Numbered from the stretch's first letter, positions 38,647 to 49,346 are shown. The stretch: 64,000 bases of DNA from an uncultured Alphaproteobacteria bacterium (GCA_963773295.1 CAVZAJ010000020.1:1480-65479), one strand, 5' to 3'. Notes: generated by a model from the letters alone, not told the origin. Numbers and translations: made by a program.

Positions 38647-39875
38647 CCGAACTTCATTTTGTCGATGCCTACAAGTCGATTGTAGACGAAAAACAAAATC
38701 ATTGTGCTGACGAGCAGCAGTGCACTTAAGGCGCTAGCTTTGCCCCAGTTGTTCTCCTCGTTCATGGCCGATTCAATGATACCGCTTATCATTTGATCGC
38801 TAGCACCGCCAACTAGCGCAGGCGTGATGTAGTAGCCAAGGCTAAGGATAAAAGTCAGAAGGCAGCCAGCGCCAATTCCGGGAAGTGTAAGCGGAAGATA
38901 AACACGGAAAAAAGAGTAGAAGGGCCCGCCGCCAAGTGAGCGCGCAGCACGCACATAGGAGGGAGAAATATTTTTCATCACGCTATAGATCGGCAACAGC
39001 GTAAAGGGCAGTTGAATATGAACCATCGCCGTCACTGTGCCAAACCGGCTAAAAATCAACTTCAAAGGCTCATCGGTGAAGTGAAGAACTTGGAGGAGGT
39101 CATTTACCGGCCCGTTATCCTGCAAAAGCACATACCACGCAGTCGAACGCACCAGCAGTGAAGTCCAGAAAGGCACAAGCACAAAAATCAGAAGAATATT
39201 GGCTATTTTTGCTGGCGCATGGGCCAACATGAAAGCCACAGGGTAGGCCATCGCAAGTGTAATGAGGGTTACAAGAGAGCTGATGTAGAATGTGCGCCAA
39301 AGGACCGTAACATAAACGGCCTGAGATTTGGGGACACTTGCTATTGTGCTATCACCAGAGCGTTCCAGATCAAGGGACCGCAGCAGGTAAAAATCGGTCA
39401 ATGATTTTCCCGATTGCTTGATTTTAGACCAGATCAACCTGTCACCCCAGATTTTGTCAGCTTGGATCATTTGCTCCTTGTAAGGAGGGACTGTGATGTT
39501 CGCCGCTTTGTTCACGCTGGCAATGACTTTGCTTCGAACCCCGGCCATTTCATAGTTCAGCCGTTTTCCAATCAAAGCAGCCGTGTTGGCCTCTTTCGCT
39601 TTGATGAAGTCCTGAACTAACGACGCGTATACAGCTTCGCTAGGCGTATCCTTGCCATCCCAGTTTTCCAGCTCGGCAACTGTTAGGGGCAAAGTCTCGG
39701 CAATGCTCGGATCGTGCACCGCATTCGTGAGCAGCATAACGACTGGAGCGGCGAAGGTTACGACAATAAATAGAAAAAGGGGCAATATCAGAAGAAGAGC
39801 ACGAAAATGCCCTCTGCGTTCAGCCAGAGCAAATTGATGTTTCAGACCAGTTCCAACCGTGCCAACAGGAGTCAT
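38643..39875 (-). CDS. Polyamine/opine-type ABC permease (PotB-like, long form)
   Basis: AYPVA, PFWTSLLVR, AARSLG and GYYITPALVGG motifs. Confidence 0.9.
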   Translation of the reverse strand: MTPVGTVGTGLKHQFALAERRGHFRALLLILPLFLFIVVTFAAPVVMLLTNAVHDPSIAETLPLTVAELENWDGKDTPSEAVYASLVQDFIKAKEANTAALIGKRLNYEMAGVRSKVIASVNKAANITVPPYKEQMIQADKIWGDRLIWSKIKQSGKSLTDFYLLRSLDLERSGDSTIASVPKSQAVYVTVLWRTFYISSLVTLITLAMAYPVAFMLAHAPAKIANILLIFVLVPFWTSLLVRSTAWYVLLQDNGPVNDLLQVLHFTDEPLKLIFSRFGTVTAMVHIQLPFTLLPIYSVMKNISPSYVRAARSLGGGPFYSFFRVYLPLTLPGIGAGCLLTFILSLGYYITPALVGGASDQMISGIIESAMNEENNWGKASALSALLLVSTMILFFVYNRLVGIDKMKFG

Positions 39876-39931
39876 TTCTGGATCAATGGAAAAAATGCGG
39901 AGGCAGCAAGCCTCCGCAATTCCATCCTTGG

Positions 39932-40972
39932 TTATTGAGCAACCCAAACATTGAAACGTTCACGCAGAGTATCAAGGTTGTCGGCCCAGAACGATGCATT
40001 TATGATGAACGCTGATTTCATGTTGTCAGGGCTGGTTGGCAGATCGGGGGTAATGGAAGGATTGGTATTTTTGATCGCTTCCTTATTGCCCGGACCATAC
40101 GAAATATAGTTGGTCTGATCAGCCTGCCGGTCAGGACGTCCCGCAAACGCAATGAAGCGATAAGCGGCGTCGCGGTTCTTTGCGCCCTTTACGACGTTCC
40201 AACCCTGCCAATCCAGGGCTTGATGGTCCCAAAGCACGACGAACGGCTTCTTATCTTCCTTGGCAGCCTTATAGATGCGACCGTTCCAGGCAGACGTCAG
40301 TACGACTTGACCATCGGAGAGCAGCTGAGGGGGCTGAGCGCCGGCCTCCCACCAGACAACATCCTTCTTGATGGTATCAAGTTTGGCGAAGGCCCGATCC
40401 ACGCCTTCCGGGGTGGCCAAGACCGTATAAACGTCCTTGATGTCAACTCCGTCTGCAACCAAAGCCCACTCGAGGTTTACAAACGGACTCTTTTGCAAGC
40501 CGCGTTTTCCTGGAAATTTTTCAAGATCAAAAAATGCGGTAATTGAAGTAGGAGCCTCTTTTACCTTCGTGGAATCATAGGCCAGGATGGTGGCATATAG
40601 AATACTCGGCACAACGCATTCGCTGGCATCAGCACTGATAAAGTCGTCACGTTTCAAACCAAGCTTGTCCCAGTCGATTTTTTCGACAACGCCTTCCGCG
40701 CAGGCTGCGATTGTCGTCATCGAGTCGTTTTCGACCACATCCCAGGTAACATTGTTAGAATCCACCATCGCGCGGATTTTTGCAATTTCTCCGTTGAATT
40801 CTTCTTCAACAACTTTATCGCCGGAATCTTTCATGAAGGGCTCGAAGAATGCTTTCCGGACACTGTCCTGATAAGCTCCGCCCCAGGAAACGACGGTAAC
40901 ACTGTCGGCGGCCAGCGCCGGCAATGTCAAAGCAGCCATTATGGCAACTGCCGAAAAAAGTTTCTTGTTCAT
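39932..40972 (-). CDS. Polyamine-type ABC substrate-binding protein (PotD-like)
   Basis: Signal peptide; VVSWGGAYQ, FDLEKFPGKRGL and AWNGR motifs. Confidence 0.9.
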   Translation of the reverse strand: MNKKLFSAVAIMAALTLPALAADSVTVVSWGGAYQDSVRKAFFEPFMKDSGDKVVEEEFNGEIAKIRAMVDSNNVTWDVVENDSMTTIAACAEGVVEKIDWDKLGLKRDDFISADASECVVPSILYATILAYDSTKVKEAPTSITAFFDLEKFPGKRGLQKSPFVNLEWALVADGVDIKDVYTVLATPEGVDRAFAKLDTIKKDVVWWEAGAQPPQLLSDGQVVLTSAWNGRIYKAAKEDKKPFVVLWDHQALDWQGWNVVKGAKNRDAAYRFIAFAGRPDRQADQTNYISYGPGNKEAIKNTNPSITPDLPTSPDNMKSAFIINASFWADNLDTLRERFNVWVAQ

Positions 40973-41343
40973 TACTTACTCCCATTTGTTACCCAACACA
41001 GGCACAATTGCCCCTGGTCGGGCGTGTTGTGACGATGCAGTTTCAGCTTGTAGTTTTAGAGGCCAGTCTGAGGCCTCAGGCAGCACGCAAAAGTATCGAA
41101 TGCCCGCTTCACCGTCTCTGTTGATCAAAGCTCAATTTCTGGGCGTTAGCAACTGCATGTCTGCCTTCTTGCCCTTACTAGATTGGCCAACGCAGGTATG
41201 CGTTTTTGGAGGTTGCTATGGCTTCTGGCGTGTTGGAAAACTGAGGCACAGGTTCTCCCCGGAATTTGTATTATGTGCCTAACTCAACTCCTGTCCTGTC
41301 CTCCAACATGGCAGGAGTTTTCCTTTGAATTGTGTGCTTTCGC

Positions 41344-42084
41344 ATGGTGGCTCCAAATTCTCCTGATACTGCCCCAATAAGGGACGGGCGCTTCCGTCTT
41401 TTTGCCCCCATTCTCGCCGGCGCGACGCTGCGGGACAGGATGGTGGCCTGCCTGGGGGCCATATTGGGAATTTCCCTAACCGGCATTATCAGCGGATACA
41501 TATTCGAATCCGATTTTCACTTGCCCCTGATTATCGCACCCCTCGGTGCCTCAGCCGTACTTCTGTTCGCCGTTCCCGCAAGTCCCCTGGCCCAGCCCTG
41601 GCCCATTATTGGCGGCAATACCTTGTCAGCCTTCATTGGCGTGACAGTCGCTTACTTCGTTCATGATCCGATGATTGCAACCGGTTTGAGTGTTTCTCTC
41701 GCCATCATGGCCATGTCCTTTGCGCGATGCCTTCATCCTCCCGGCGGTGCCGCGGCGTTGACAGCCGTTGTCGGCGGTTCAACGGTGACCTCAATGGGCT
41801 TCATGTTTCCCCTTCTTCCCGTGGCTCTCAACTCAATTGTCCTCGTCGCCTTGGGTTTTTTCTTCCATGCCCTGTTTGGAAAATCCTATCCCCACAGTCA
41901 TCCGGCGGCTGTCGATGTAAAACGTGAAGGTCCCTTGGAACTGGGCGGAGGCGTAATAAGCGACGATGTCGATGCCGCATTGGCGGAACTGGGCGAGACC
42001 TTCGATATTGACCGGGAAGACTTGAACGAACTGATGCAACTCGCCGAGAGCAAGGCGTTGGCGCGAAGGCGCAGCCTGAGTTAA
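41344..42084 (+). CDS. HPP family membrane protein
   Basis: APLGASAVLLFAVPASPLAQPW and CLHPPGGA motifs. Confidence 0.92.
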   Translation: MVAPNSPDTAPIRDGRFRLFAPILAGATLRDRMVACLGAILGISLTGIISGYIFESDFHLPLIIAPLGASAVLLFAVPASPLAQPWPIIGGNTLSAFIGVTVAYFVHDPMIATGLSVSLAIMAMSFARCLHPPGGAAALTAVVGGSTVTSMGFMFPLLPVALNSIVLVALGFFFHALFGKSYPHSHPAAVDVKREGPLELGGGVISDDVDAALAELGETFDIDREDLNELMQLAESKALARRRSLS

Positions 42085-42140
42085 AGTAAGAGGGTGTATT
42101 AACCCCAATCACAAATTCACATCGCAAGGTATCCCCATCC

Positions 42141-43250
42141 ATGTCCGACCACCTCTTCACTCCGATCCAACTCGGCGCTCTCGATCTGCCAAATCGTATC
42201 GCGGTCGCGCCCATGTGCCAGTATTCGGCCGATGATGGCTGCGCCAGCGATTGGCACTTCCAGCATTGGATGAATCTGGCCATGTCAGGGGCAGGCATGG
42301 TGACGGTCGAGATGACAGATGTCGAACGCGGTGGCCGCATCAGTCACGGCTGCCTTGGTCTCTATTCCGACGCCAACGCTGCAGCGGCAAAGCGTGCTCT
42401 TGATGCCGCCAGGCGGGTAGCGGCGCTGGGAACCAAGTTTGGCATCCAGCTTGCCCATGCCGGCCGCAAAGCATCCTGCCAACGGCCGTGGGAAGGCGGG
42501 AAACCACTCAGTGCGGGCGAGGACGCTTGGGCCGTCGTATCCGCCTCGGCAATACCATATGCGGAAGGCCACCCGGTTCCACAGGAACTTGACGAGGCCG
42601 GCATCGCAACGCTTGTCGAGAACTTTGGCAGGGCCGCAGAACGTGCGGCACGCGTGGGGTTTGATTTCATCGAACTGCATTCAGCCCATGGTTATCTGTT
42701 GCATCAATTCCTTTCGCCCCTGTCCAACCACCGCACTGACAAATGGGGTGGATCACTGGAAAACCGTATGCGCTTTCCACTCGCCGTCGCACAGCGGGTC
42801 CGCGAGGCCGCTCCCAAGTTGATGCTGGGCGCGCGGCTTTCGGTCACCGATTGGGTCAAGGGCGGCTTCGACGTTGAAGAGGCGATAATGGTGGCTAAGG
42901 CCTATAAATTTGCCGGGGCAAGTTACATCTGCTGCTCGAGCGGCGGCAACTCGCCGTTGCAAAAGATGCCGGGTGGTCCCGGCTATCAGGTTCATCTGGC
43001 CACTGCCATAAAGAACGGGGCCAACATCGCCACCCGCGCCGTGGGACTGATCGATGACCCGCACCAGGCCAACGACATCGTCACTTCAATGAAAGCTGAC
43101 ATCGTGGCGCTGGGAAGAGCCCTTCTTGCAGATCCACGCTGGCCATGGCGGGCGGCGGCACAACTGGGCCAAGAGATTGTGGCACCGCCGCAAATGCTGC
43201 GCTCAGTTCCGTTGATCAAACAGTGGGCAGCTGTGACGTCGAGCACATAG
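42141..43250 (+). CDS. NADH:flavin oxidoreductase, Old Yellow Enzyme (YqjM/XenA-like)
   Basis: PMCQYSA, QLAHAGRKAS, HSAHGYLLHQFLSP and GR..LADP.W motifs. Confidence 0.93.
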   Translation: MSDHLFTPIQLGALDLPNRIAVAPMCQYSADDGCASDWHFQHWMNLAMSGAGMVTVEMTDVERGGRISHGCLGLYSDANAAAAKRALDAARRVAALGTKFGIQLAHAGRKASCQRPWEGGKPLSAGEDAWAVVSASAIPYAEGHPVPQELDEAGIATLVENFGRAAERAARVGFDFIELHSAHGYLLHQFLSPLSNHRTDKWGGSLENRMRFPLAVAQRVREAAPKLMLGARLSVTDWVKGGFDVEEAIMVAKAYKFAGASYICCSSGGNSPLQKMPGGPGYQVHLATAIKNGANIATRAVGLIDDPHQANDIVTSMKADIVALGRALLADPRWPWRAAAQLGQEIVAPPQMLRSVPLIKQWAAVTSST

Positions 43251-43386
43251 GAGGCCAAACCAGCCGGGAATCCGCCCCCGATCAGCTTCGCCTTCCAGCC
43301 CGAGCTTGGCGAACAGGGCGGCAATTATCCGGTTAAGCGCTTCGCTGTGACGCTTGATGGCCGCGTGCCTCCATCGTCCAGTCCAT
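43251..43386 (-). pseudogene. Frameshifted, truncated remnant of a hypothetical protein (MDW..AIKRHSEAL..IIAALFA.LGL)
   Basis: SD AGAGGA and ATG at 43386; in-frame TAA at codon 18; alternative frame reads AIKRHSEALNRIIAALFAKLGLEGEADRGRIP, then runs into the OYE stop. Confidence 0.6.
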
Positions 43387-43415
43387 GGTGTATTCCTCTT
43401 AAAAGAGAAAAATAA

Positions 43416-43450
43416 GAACATAAATGCCCTACTAGGAATATAGTGTCGAG
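43416..43450 (-). promoter_or_regulatory. Second copy of the 35-bp promoter motif seen at 5348-5382
   Basis: Minus strand CTCGACACTATATTCCTAGTAGGGCATTTATGTTC, 31/35 identical. Confidence 0.7.
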
Positions 43451-43544
43451 GAGTTCGAATTGATTTTGCAAGCCTGCAGACGCCGCATCGAAGCGGGTGC
43501 AGCTCGGGGCGCTCCGCGGCAACTGTGCCGAAATTGCCGCTTGA

Positions 43545-43594
43545 TGTATTGTAATACAAATTCTGTTGACCCAAATCATCATTCGCTATTTAGT
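43545..43594 (+). promoter_or_regulatory. Palindromic operator and promoter of the sugar ABC operon
   Basis: TGTATT-GT-AATACA palindrome (43545-43558), TTGACC at 43566. Confidence 0.5.
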
Positions 43595-43649
43595 GCGGAT
43601 GAGTGCGCGGGCATAAACAGGCGCGCCCGGTTTAAAAAGGGAGAAATCG

Positions 43650-44630
43650 ATGAAAACGCTTACACGTCGCGAAACTATTGGACTTTTGGGTGCCGTCGCC
43701 GGCGCATTCGTCGTGCGTCCGGCCTATGCCGAGCTGCCGAAGCTTGAGAAGAAAGACACCTACAGGGTAGGCTTTGCCCAAACCGAGAGCAACAATCCCT
43801 GGCGCCTGGCCCAAACGAAGAGCATGCAGGACGAAGCCGCCAAGCGCGGCTGGCAATTGGTTTATACCGATGCCGCAGGCTCCGCCGCCAAGCAGGTGGC
43901 TGACGTGCGTTCCATGATCGCCCAGAAAGTGGACGTCATTCTTCTTGCCCCGCGCGAGGAAAAGCCGCTTATTCCCGCCGTCATGGAAGCCAAGAAGGCG
44001 GGCATCCCGATGTTCCTCATTGACCGCAACGTCGATCAGACGCTGGCCAAGGGCGGCGAGGATTATGTTGCCTTCATCGGCTCCGATTTCACCAAGGAAG
44101 GCATGCAGGCAGCCGAAGTTCTGACCGCGGCCGTCGGCGGCAACGCCAAGATCATCGAACTGCAGGGCACCACCGGTTCATCGCCGGCCAACGACCGCAT
44201 GGCGGGGTTTGCAACCTACATCAAGGACCATCCCGGCATGCAGATCATCGCCTCGCAATCCGGCGATTTCGCCCGCGACAAGGGCCGGCAGGTGTTTGAA
44301 ACCCTGTATCAGGCCCATCCGGAGGCAACCGCGCTCTATTCCCACAATGACGAGATGACAATGGGAGCAATCGCCGCCATGGAAGCGGCCGGCAAGGTTC
44401 CGGGCAAGGATCTTATCATTGCATCCATCGATGGCACGAAGGACGCCACCCAGGCGCTTATCGATGGCAAGGTGCTGGTCGTTGTCGAGTGCAATCCGAA
44501 ATTCGGTCCTGCCGCCTTTGATGCCGTGGTAAAATACGGCAACGGGGAAAAACTTGAGCCGCGCCTCGTCAATACCGACCGTGTGTTCACCAAAGAGAAC
44601 GCCGCCGAATACATGCCAGAGGCATACTAA
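43650..44630 (+). CDS. Monosaccharide ABC substrate-binding protein (YtfQ-like), Tat-like signal
   Basis: TRRETIG leader; GFAQTESNNPWR, IDR, HNDEM, SIDG and VECNP motifs. Confidence 0.88.
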   Translation: MKTLTRRETIGLLGAVAGAFVVRPAYAELPKLEKKDTYRVGFAQTESNNPWRLAQTKSMQDEAAKRGWQLVYTDAAGSAAKQVADVRSMIAQKVDVILLAPREEKPLIPAVMEAKKAGIPMFLIDRNVDQTLAKGGEDYVAFIGSDFTKEGMQAAEVLTAAVGGNAKIIELQGTTGSSPANDRMAGFATYIKDHPGMQIIASQSGDFARDKGRQVFETLYQAHPEATALYSHNDEMTMGAIAAMEAAGKVPGKDLIIASIDGTKDATQALIDGKVLVVVECNPKFGPAAFDAVVKYGNGEKLEPRLVNTDRVFTKENAAEYMPEAY

Positions 44631-44667
44631 GCAACGCGCCGGCGTCCATGAAGCCGCGGTAGAAAAT

Positions 44668-44716
44668 GATCCGGGAGTTGGCGCCGAATGCGCCAACCTC
44701 CCGGATCGCATTTTTT
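44668..44716 (+). terminator. Intercistronic hairpin or partial terminator after the SBP gene
   Basis: GATCCGGGAGTTGGCGC...GCGCCAACCTCCCGGATC followed by GCATTTTTT. Confidence 0.55.
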
Positions 44717-44757
44717 ACTTTCCCTGCCTTCCCCCAAATGACTATGGTTCATAAGAT

Positions 44758-46311
44758 ATGAGTAGCCCAGAGCCGCTTTTGTCCATGAGCGCGATCGACA
44801 AGTCCTTCGGGAGTGTTTCGGCGCTATCCGCCGCGCATCTTGAGATCATGCCGGCCGAAGTGATGGCCCTCGTCGGCCAGAACGGCGCCGGCAAGTCGAC
44901 AATGATCAAGATCCTCAATGGGGCCTTCCGCCTTGACCGCGGCTCCATCCAGTTTGACGGCAAGCCCTGGGCGGCGGGTTCGCCCCAGCAGGCCCAGCGC
45001 GCCGGCGTCAGCACCATCTTTCAGGAAATCAACCTGATTGCCTACCGCACCGTTGCCGAGAACATTTACCTCGGGCGCGAATTGAAGCGCTTCGCCGGCC
45101 TCCTGGACTGGGAGAAAATGAACCAGGGGGCGCGCGCCTTGCTCGCCCGCTTCAGCATCGATCTCGATGTAACCAAGCCGCTTGGCGAATATTCCACCGC
45201 CATTCAGCAGATGGTCGCCATCGCCCGCGCCGTGTCGTTCGACGCCAAGCTTGTGATCATGGACGAACCGACGTCATCGCTGGATGAAGCGGAAGTCGCG
45301 GTGCTGTTGAACACCATTCGCCAGCTCAGGAGCGAAGGCGTGGCCGTGGTGTTTGTGAGCCACAAGCTTGATGAGCTCTACGCCGTATGCGACCGGGTGA
45401 CCGTCATGCGTGACGGCCGTACCGTCGCGGTTTCAAAAATGGCCGACATGTCGAAACTGCAGCTCGTCGCCGCCATGCTGGGGCGGGATCTGGCCGACGT
45501 GCGCGCCAGCGGCGCCACCGCCTTCAGCGAAGCAGAAAAGGCCATTGGCGCGGAGCTGCTGATTGCAAAGTCGGTGGCCGTGGGCCGCCGGGTTACCGAC
45601 GCAAGCTTCGATGTCCGCAAGGGCGAGATCGTGGGCCTGGCCGGCCTGCTGGGTTCGGGGCGCACCGAAACCGCCCGCGCCATCTTTGCCGCCGATCCCA
45701 AGTCAAAGGGGGAAGTCCGGTTTGACGGAAAGGACACGCAATTTAAAAGTCCGGCTGACGCCATCGCCGCGGGCCTGGGATACTGCTCTGAGGACCGCAA
45801 GGTCCAGGGCATCGTCCCGGACATGTCGGTTGCCGACAATCTGACCCTCGCCCTGCTGCCGACCTTGACCAAAATGGGAATGATTGACGAGGCCCAGCAG
45901 CGCAAGATCGTGCTGCGTTTCATCAAGGATGTTGGCATCAAATGCTCCGGCCCGGGCCAGAAAATCCGCGAGCTTTCCGGCGGCAACCAGCAGAAAGTCC
46001 TGCTGGCGCGCTGGCTCTGCATGGACCCCAAGCTTCTCATTCTGGATGAGCCGACGCGCGGCATCGATGTGGGCGCCAAGGGCGAGATTCAAAGCCTGAT
46101 CCAGCAGTTCGCCGACAAGGGCCTGGGCGTATTGATGATCTCTTCCGAGCTCGAGGAAATCGTCGAAGGCGCCGACCGGGTGTTTGTGCTTCGCGACGGG
46201 CAGATTGTGGCGGAACTCGAGCATTCCGGAATATCCGAGCAGGCCGTCATGCGCGCCATGGCGCATGGCGCATCGAAAGACGCCGAATTCATTGAGGCGC
46301 CGCATGGCTGA
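44758..46311 (+). CDS. Sugar ABC ATP-binding protein, two ABC domains (YtfR/RbsA-like)
   Basis: GQNGAGKST, DEPTSSL, LSGGNQQK and DEPTRGIDVGAK motifs. Confidence 0.95.
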   Translation: MSSPEPLLSMSAIDKSFGSVSALSAAHLEIMPAEVMALVGQNGAGKSTMIKILNGAFRLDRGSIQFDGKPWAAGSPQQAQRAGVSTIFQEINLIAYRTVAENIYLGRELKRFAGLLDWEKMNQGARALLARFSIDLDVTKPLGEYSTAIQQMVAIARAVSFDAKLVIMDEPTSSLDEAEVAVLLNTIRQLRSEGVAVVFVSHKLDELYAVCDRVTVMRDGRTVAVSKMADMSKLQLVAAMLGRDLADVRASGATAFSEAEKAIGAELLIAKSVAVGRRVTDASFDVRKGEIVGLAGLLGSGRTETARAIFAADPKSKGEVRFDGKDTQFKSPADAIAAGLGYCSEDRKVQGIVPDMSVADNLTLALLPTLTKMGMIDEAQQRKIVLRFIKDVGIKCSGPGQKIRELSGGNQQKVLLARWLCMDPKLLILDEPTRGIDVGAKGEIQSLIQQFADKGLGVLMISSELEEIVEGADRVFVLRDGQIVAELEHSGISEQAVMRAMAHGASKDAEFIEAPHG

Positions 46312-47260
46312 TTATTCGCCGCTGCTGCGCCGCTACGGGGTGTTCATCGCCCTGGTCCTGCTCATTCTGTTCAATTTCGCGGTGACCCCCCATTTTGCCA
46401 CCATGCAGACGCTTTCCGTCAATCTGACCCAGGTCTGCACCATCGTGATTGTCGGCGTCGGCATGACCTTGGTCATTGCGACCGGCGGCATCGATCTTTC
46501 CGTGGGCGCCCTGATGGCCATTGCCGGCGCCATGTCGCCGATGTTTTTTACCGGCGAACTGTTTCCGGTTCCCAATATCTATGTCGGGATCGCCCTGGGA
46601 ATTATCATTCCCATCATTATCGCCAGCTTTTTTGGCCTCTTCAACGGCTGGCTGATCAACCGGTTTTCCATTCAGCCGATCATTGCCACCCTGGTTCTGT
46701 TCATCGCCGGGCGCGGCATCGCCCAAGTCTCCACCAACGGCGACCTGCAGGTCTTCAAGGTGCCGGAGTTCCAGGCTATCGCGATCGGCCGGGTTCTCGG
46801 TGTGCCGTTCCAGGTCTGGATCATGGTCGTGGTGGTGATCATTGCCGCCTTCGTCCTGCGGCGGACCGTGTTCGGGCGCCAGGTGCTGGCCGTCGGCGGC
46901 AATGAGGAGGCCGCCCGGCTTTCCGGCGTGCCGGTCAAACGGGTGAAGCTCATTGTCTATGCGGTATCGGGATTTTGCAGCGCCATTGCCGGGCTCATCG
47001 TCATTGCCATGAATTCCGCCGCCGACGCCAACCTGATCGGCCTGGGCATGGAGCTTGACGCCATCGCGGCGGTGGCCGTCGGTGGCACGCTGTTGACCGG
47101 CGGCAGGGCCACCATTCTGGGCACCCTCTTAGGCGCCCTGATTATCCAGCTGGTGCGCTACACGCTGCTGGCCAACGGCGTGCCGGATGCCGCCGCCCTG
47201 GTGGTCAAGGCCGGGCTGATCATTCTTGCCGTTTGGCTGCAGCGCCAGGAGCATGCCTGA
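46304..47260 (+). CDS. Sugar ABC permease (YtfT-like)
   Basis: GGIDLSVG, GGNEEAARLSG and ELDAIAAVAVGGT motifs. Confidence 0.92.
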   Translation: MADYSPLLRRYGVFIALVLLILFNFAVTPHFATMQTLSVNLTQVCTIVIVGVGMTLVIATGGIDLSVGALMAIAGAMSPMFFTGELFPVPNIYVGIALGIIIPIIIASFFGLFNGWLINRFSIQPIIATLVLFIAGRGIAQVSTNGDLQVFKVPEFQAIAIGRVLGVPFQVWIMVVVVIIAAFVLRRTVFGRQVLAVGGNEEAARLSGVPVKRVKLIVYAVSGFCSAIAGLIVIAMNSAADANLIGLGMELDAIAAVAVGGTLLTGGRATILGTLLGALIIQLVRYTLLANGVPDAAALVVKAGLIILAVWLQRQEHA

Positions 47261-48306
47261 TGAAAAATTTCCGCATCACCCCGAGTCTTGCCGTCATCCT
47301 GGTCCTTGTCATTCTCGTTTCGATTGCCGCCCTGCGCTATGATGGCTTCCTGGGCGTTTACAATGTGCAGTCGGTTCTGCGCTACAATGCGATGTTTGCC
47401 CTGGTTGCCCTCGGCATGTGCTTTGTCATCATGACCGGCGGCATCGACCTGTCGGTGGGAAGCGTTGCCGCCATGTGCAGCGTCGTTTCGGCGTTCCTCA
47501 GCTCCTACGGGCTTTTCCAGGGCCTTGCGGGAGGGGTCGCCGCCGGCATCCTCGCCGGGCTGATCAACGGCATCCTGATCACCAGGCTGAAGATTTTGCC
47601 GTTCATCGCCACGCTGGCCACCATGCTGGCCGCCTCCGGAACCGGCTTGCTCCTGGCCGGGAACCAGTCCGTCTCGGTCTCCTATGACACCTATTTCACC
47701 AATCTCGGGCAGGGCGATTTGCTGAGCTTCATGCGGCCCGAATGGGTTGACGCGGATGGCGTGGGTTTCTTCGGCTCGCTCCTCGGCTTCATTCTCAGTT
47801 TTCCTACCCCGGCCTGGATTGCCATTCTCGCCTATATCGTCGGCGGGGTGGTGATCAACCACACGGCTTTTGGCCGCCATGTGCTGGCGGTGGGCGGCGG
47901 CACGGAAGCCTCGCGCCTGATGGGGCTGCCGGTGAACCGCACCATATTTTCCGTTTACGTGATTTCGGGCGCCCTGGCGGGATTGGCCGGCGTCATTCTT
48001 GCCTCCCAGTTCGGGGCCGGCCAGCCGATTGAGGGCATTGGCTGGGAACTGTTTGCCATCGCCTCCGTCGTCGTCGGCGGCACCTTGCTCTCCGGCGGCA
48101 AAGGCTCGGTCGCCGGCACCCTGGCGGGCGCGCTTCTTCTCGGTGTGATTTTCACCATCCTGAACTTTGAAAACGGCATGGGCTGGATTTCGCTCTCCGC
48201 CTACTGGCAGTCGGTCATCCGCGGCCTGTTCCTGCTGGTCGTCGTCATCCTGCAATCGCGGCTTACTGCCAAAGACCCGATCGGTTCGCCCAAAGCCTCG
48301 GTTTGA
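47260..48306 (+). CDS. Sugar ABC permease (YjfF-like)
   Basis: GGIDLSVG and ELFAIASVVVGGT motifs. Confidence 0.92.
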   Translation: MKNFRITPSLAVILVLVILVSIAALRYDGFLGVYNVQSVLRYNAMFALVALGMCFVIMTGGIDLSVGSVAAMCSVVSAFLSSYGLFQGLAGGVAAGILAGLINGILITRLKILPFIATLATMLAASGTGLLLAGNQSVSVSYDTYFTNLGQGDLLSFMRPEWVDADGVGFFGSLLGFILSFPTPAWIAILAYIVGGVVINHTAFGRHVLAVGGGTEASRLMGLPVNRTIFSVYVISGALAGLAGVILASQFGAGQPIEGIGWELFAIASVVVGGTLLSGGKGSVAGTLAGALLLGVIFTILNFENGMGWISLSAYWQSVIRGLFLLVVVILQSRLTAKDPIGSPKASV

Positions 48307-48320
48307 GCACCGGGGCCGGT

Positions 48321-49328
<1,008 letters not shown>

Positions 49329-49346
49329 TTACCAAGTAAACCGGCT

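Larger units (their letters stand above)
28576..43250. mobile_element. Putative degenerate genomic island downstream of tRNA-Gln
   Basis: Visibly lower GC and more A/T-ending codons than the flanks, accessory catabolic genes and gene remnants; no integrase or attR seen. Confidence 0.55.

Noticed and set aside
41244-41285. Fluoride riboswitch before the HPP gene
   Set aside because: Only superficial GGCA/TGCCTA similarity; the conserved GAUG and CUGAUGA elements are absent
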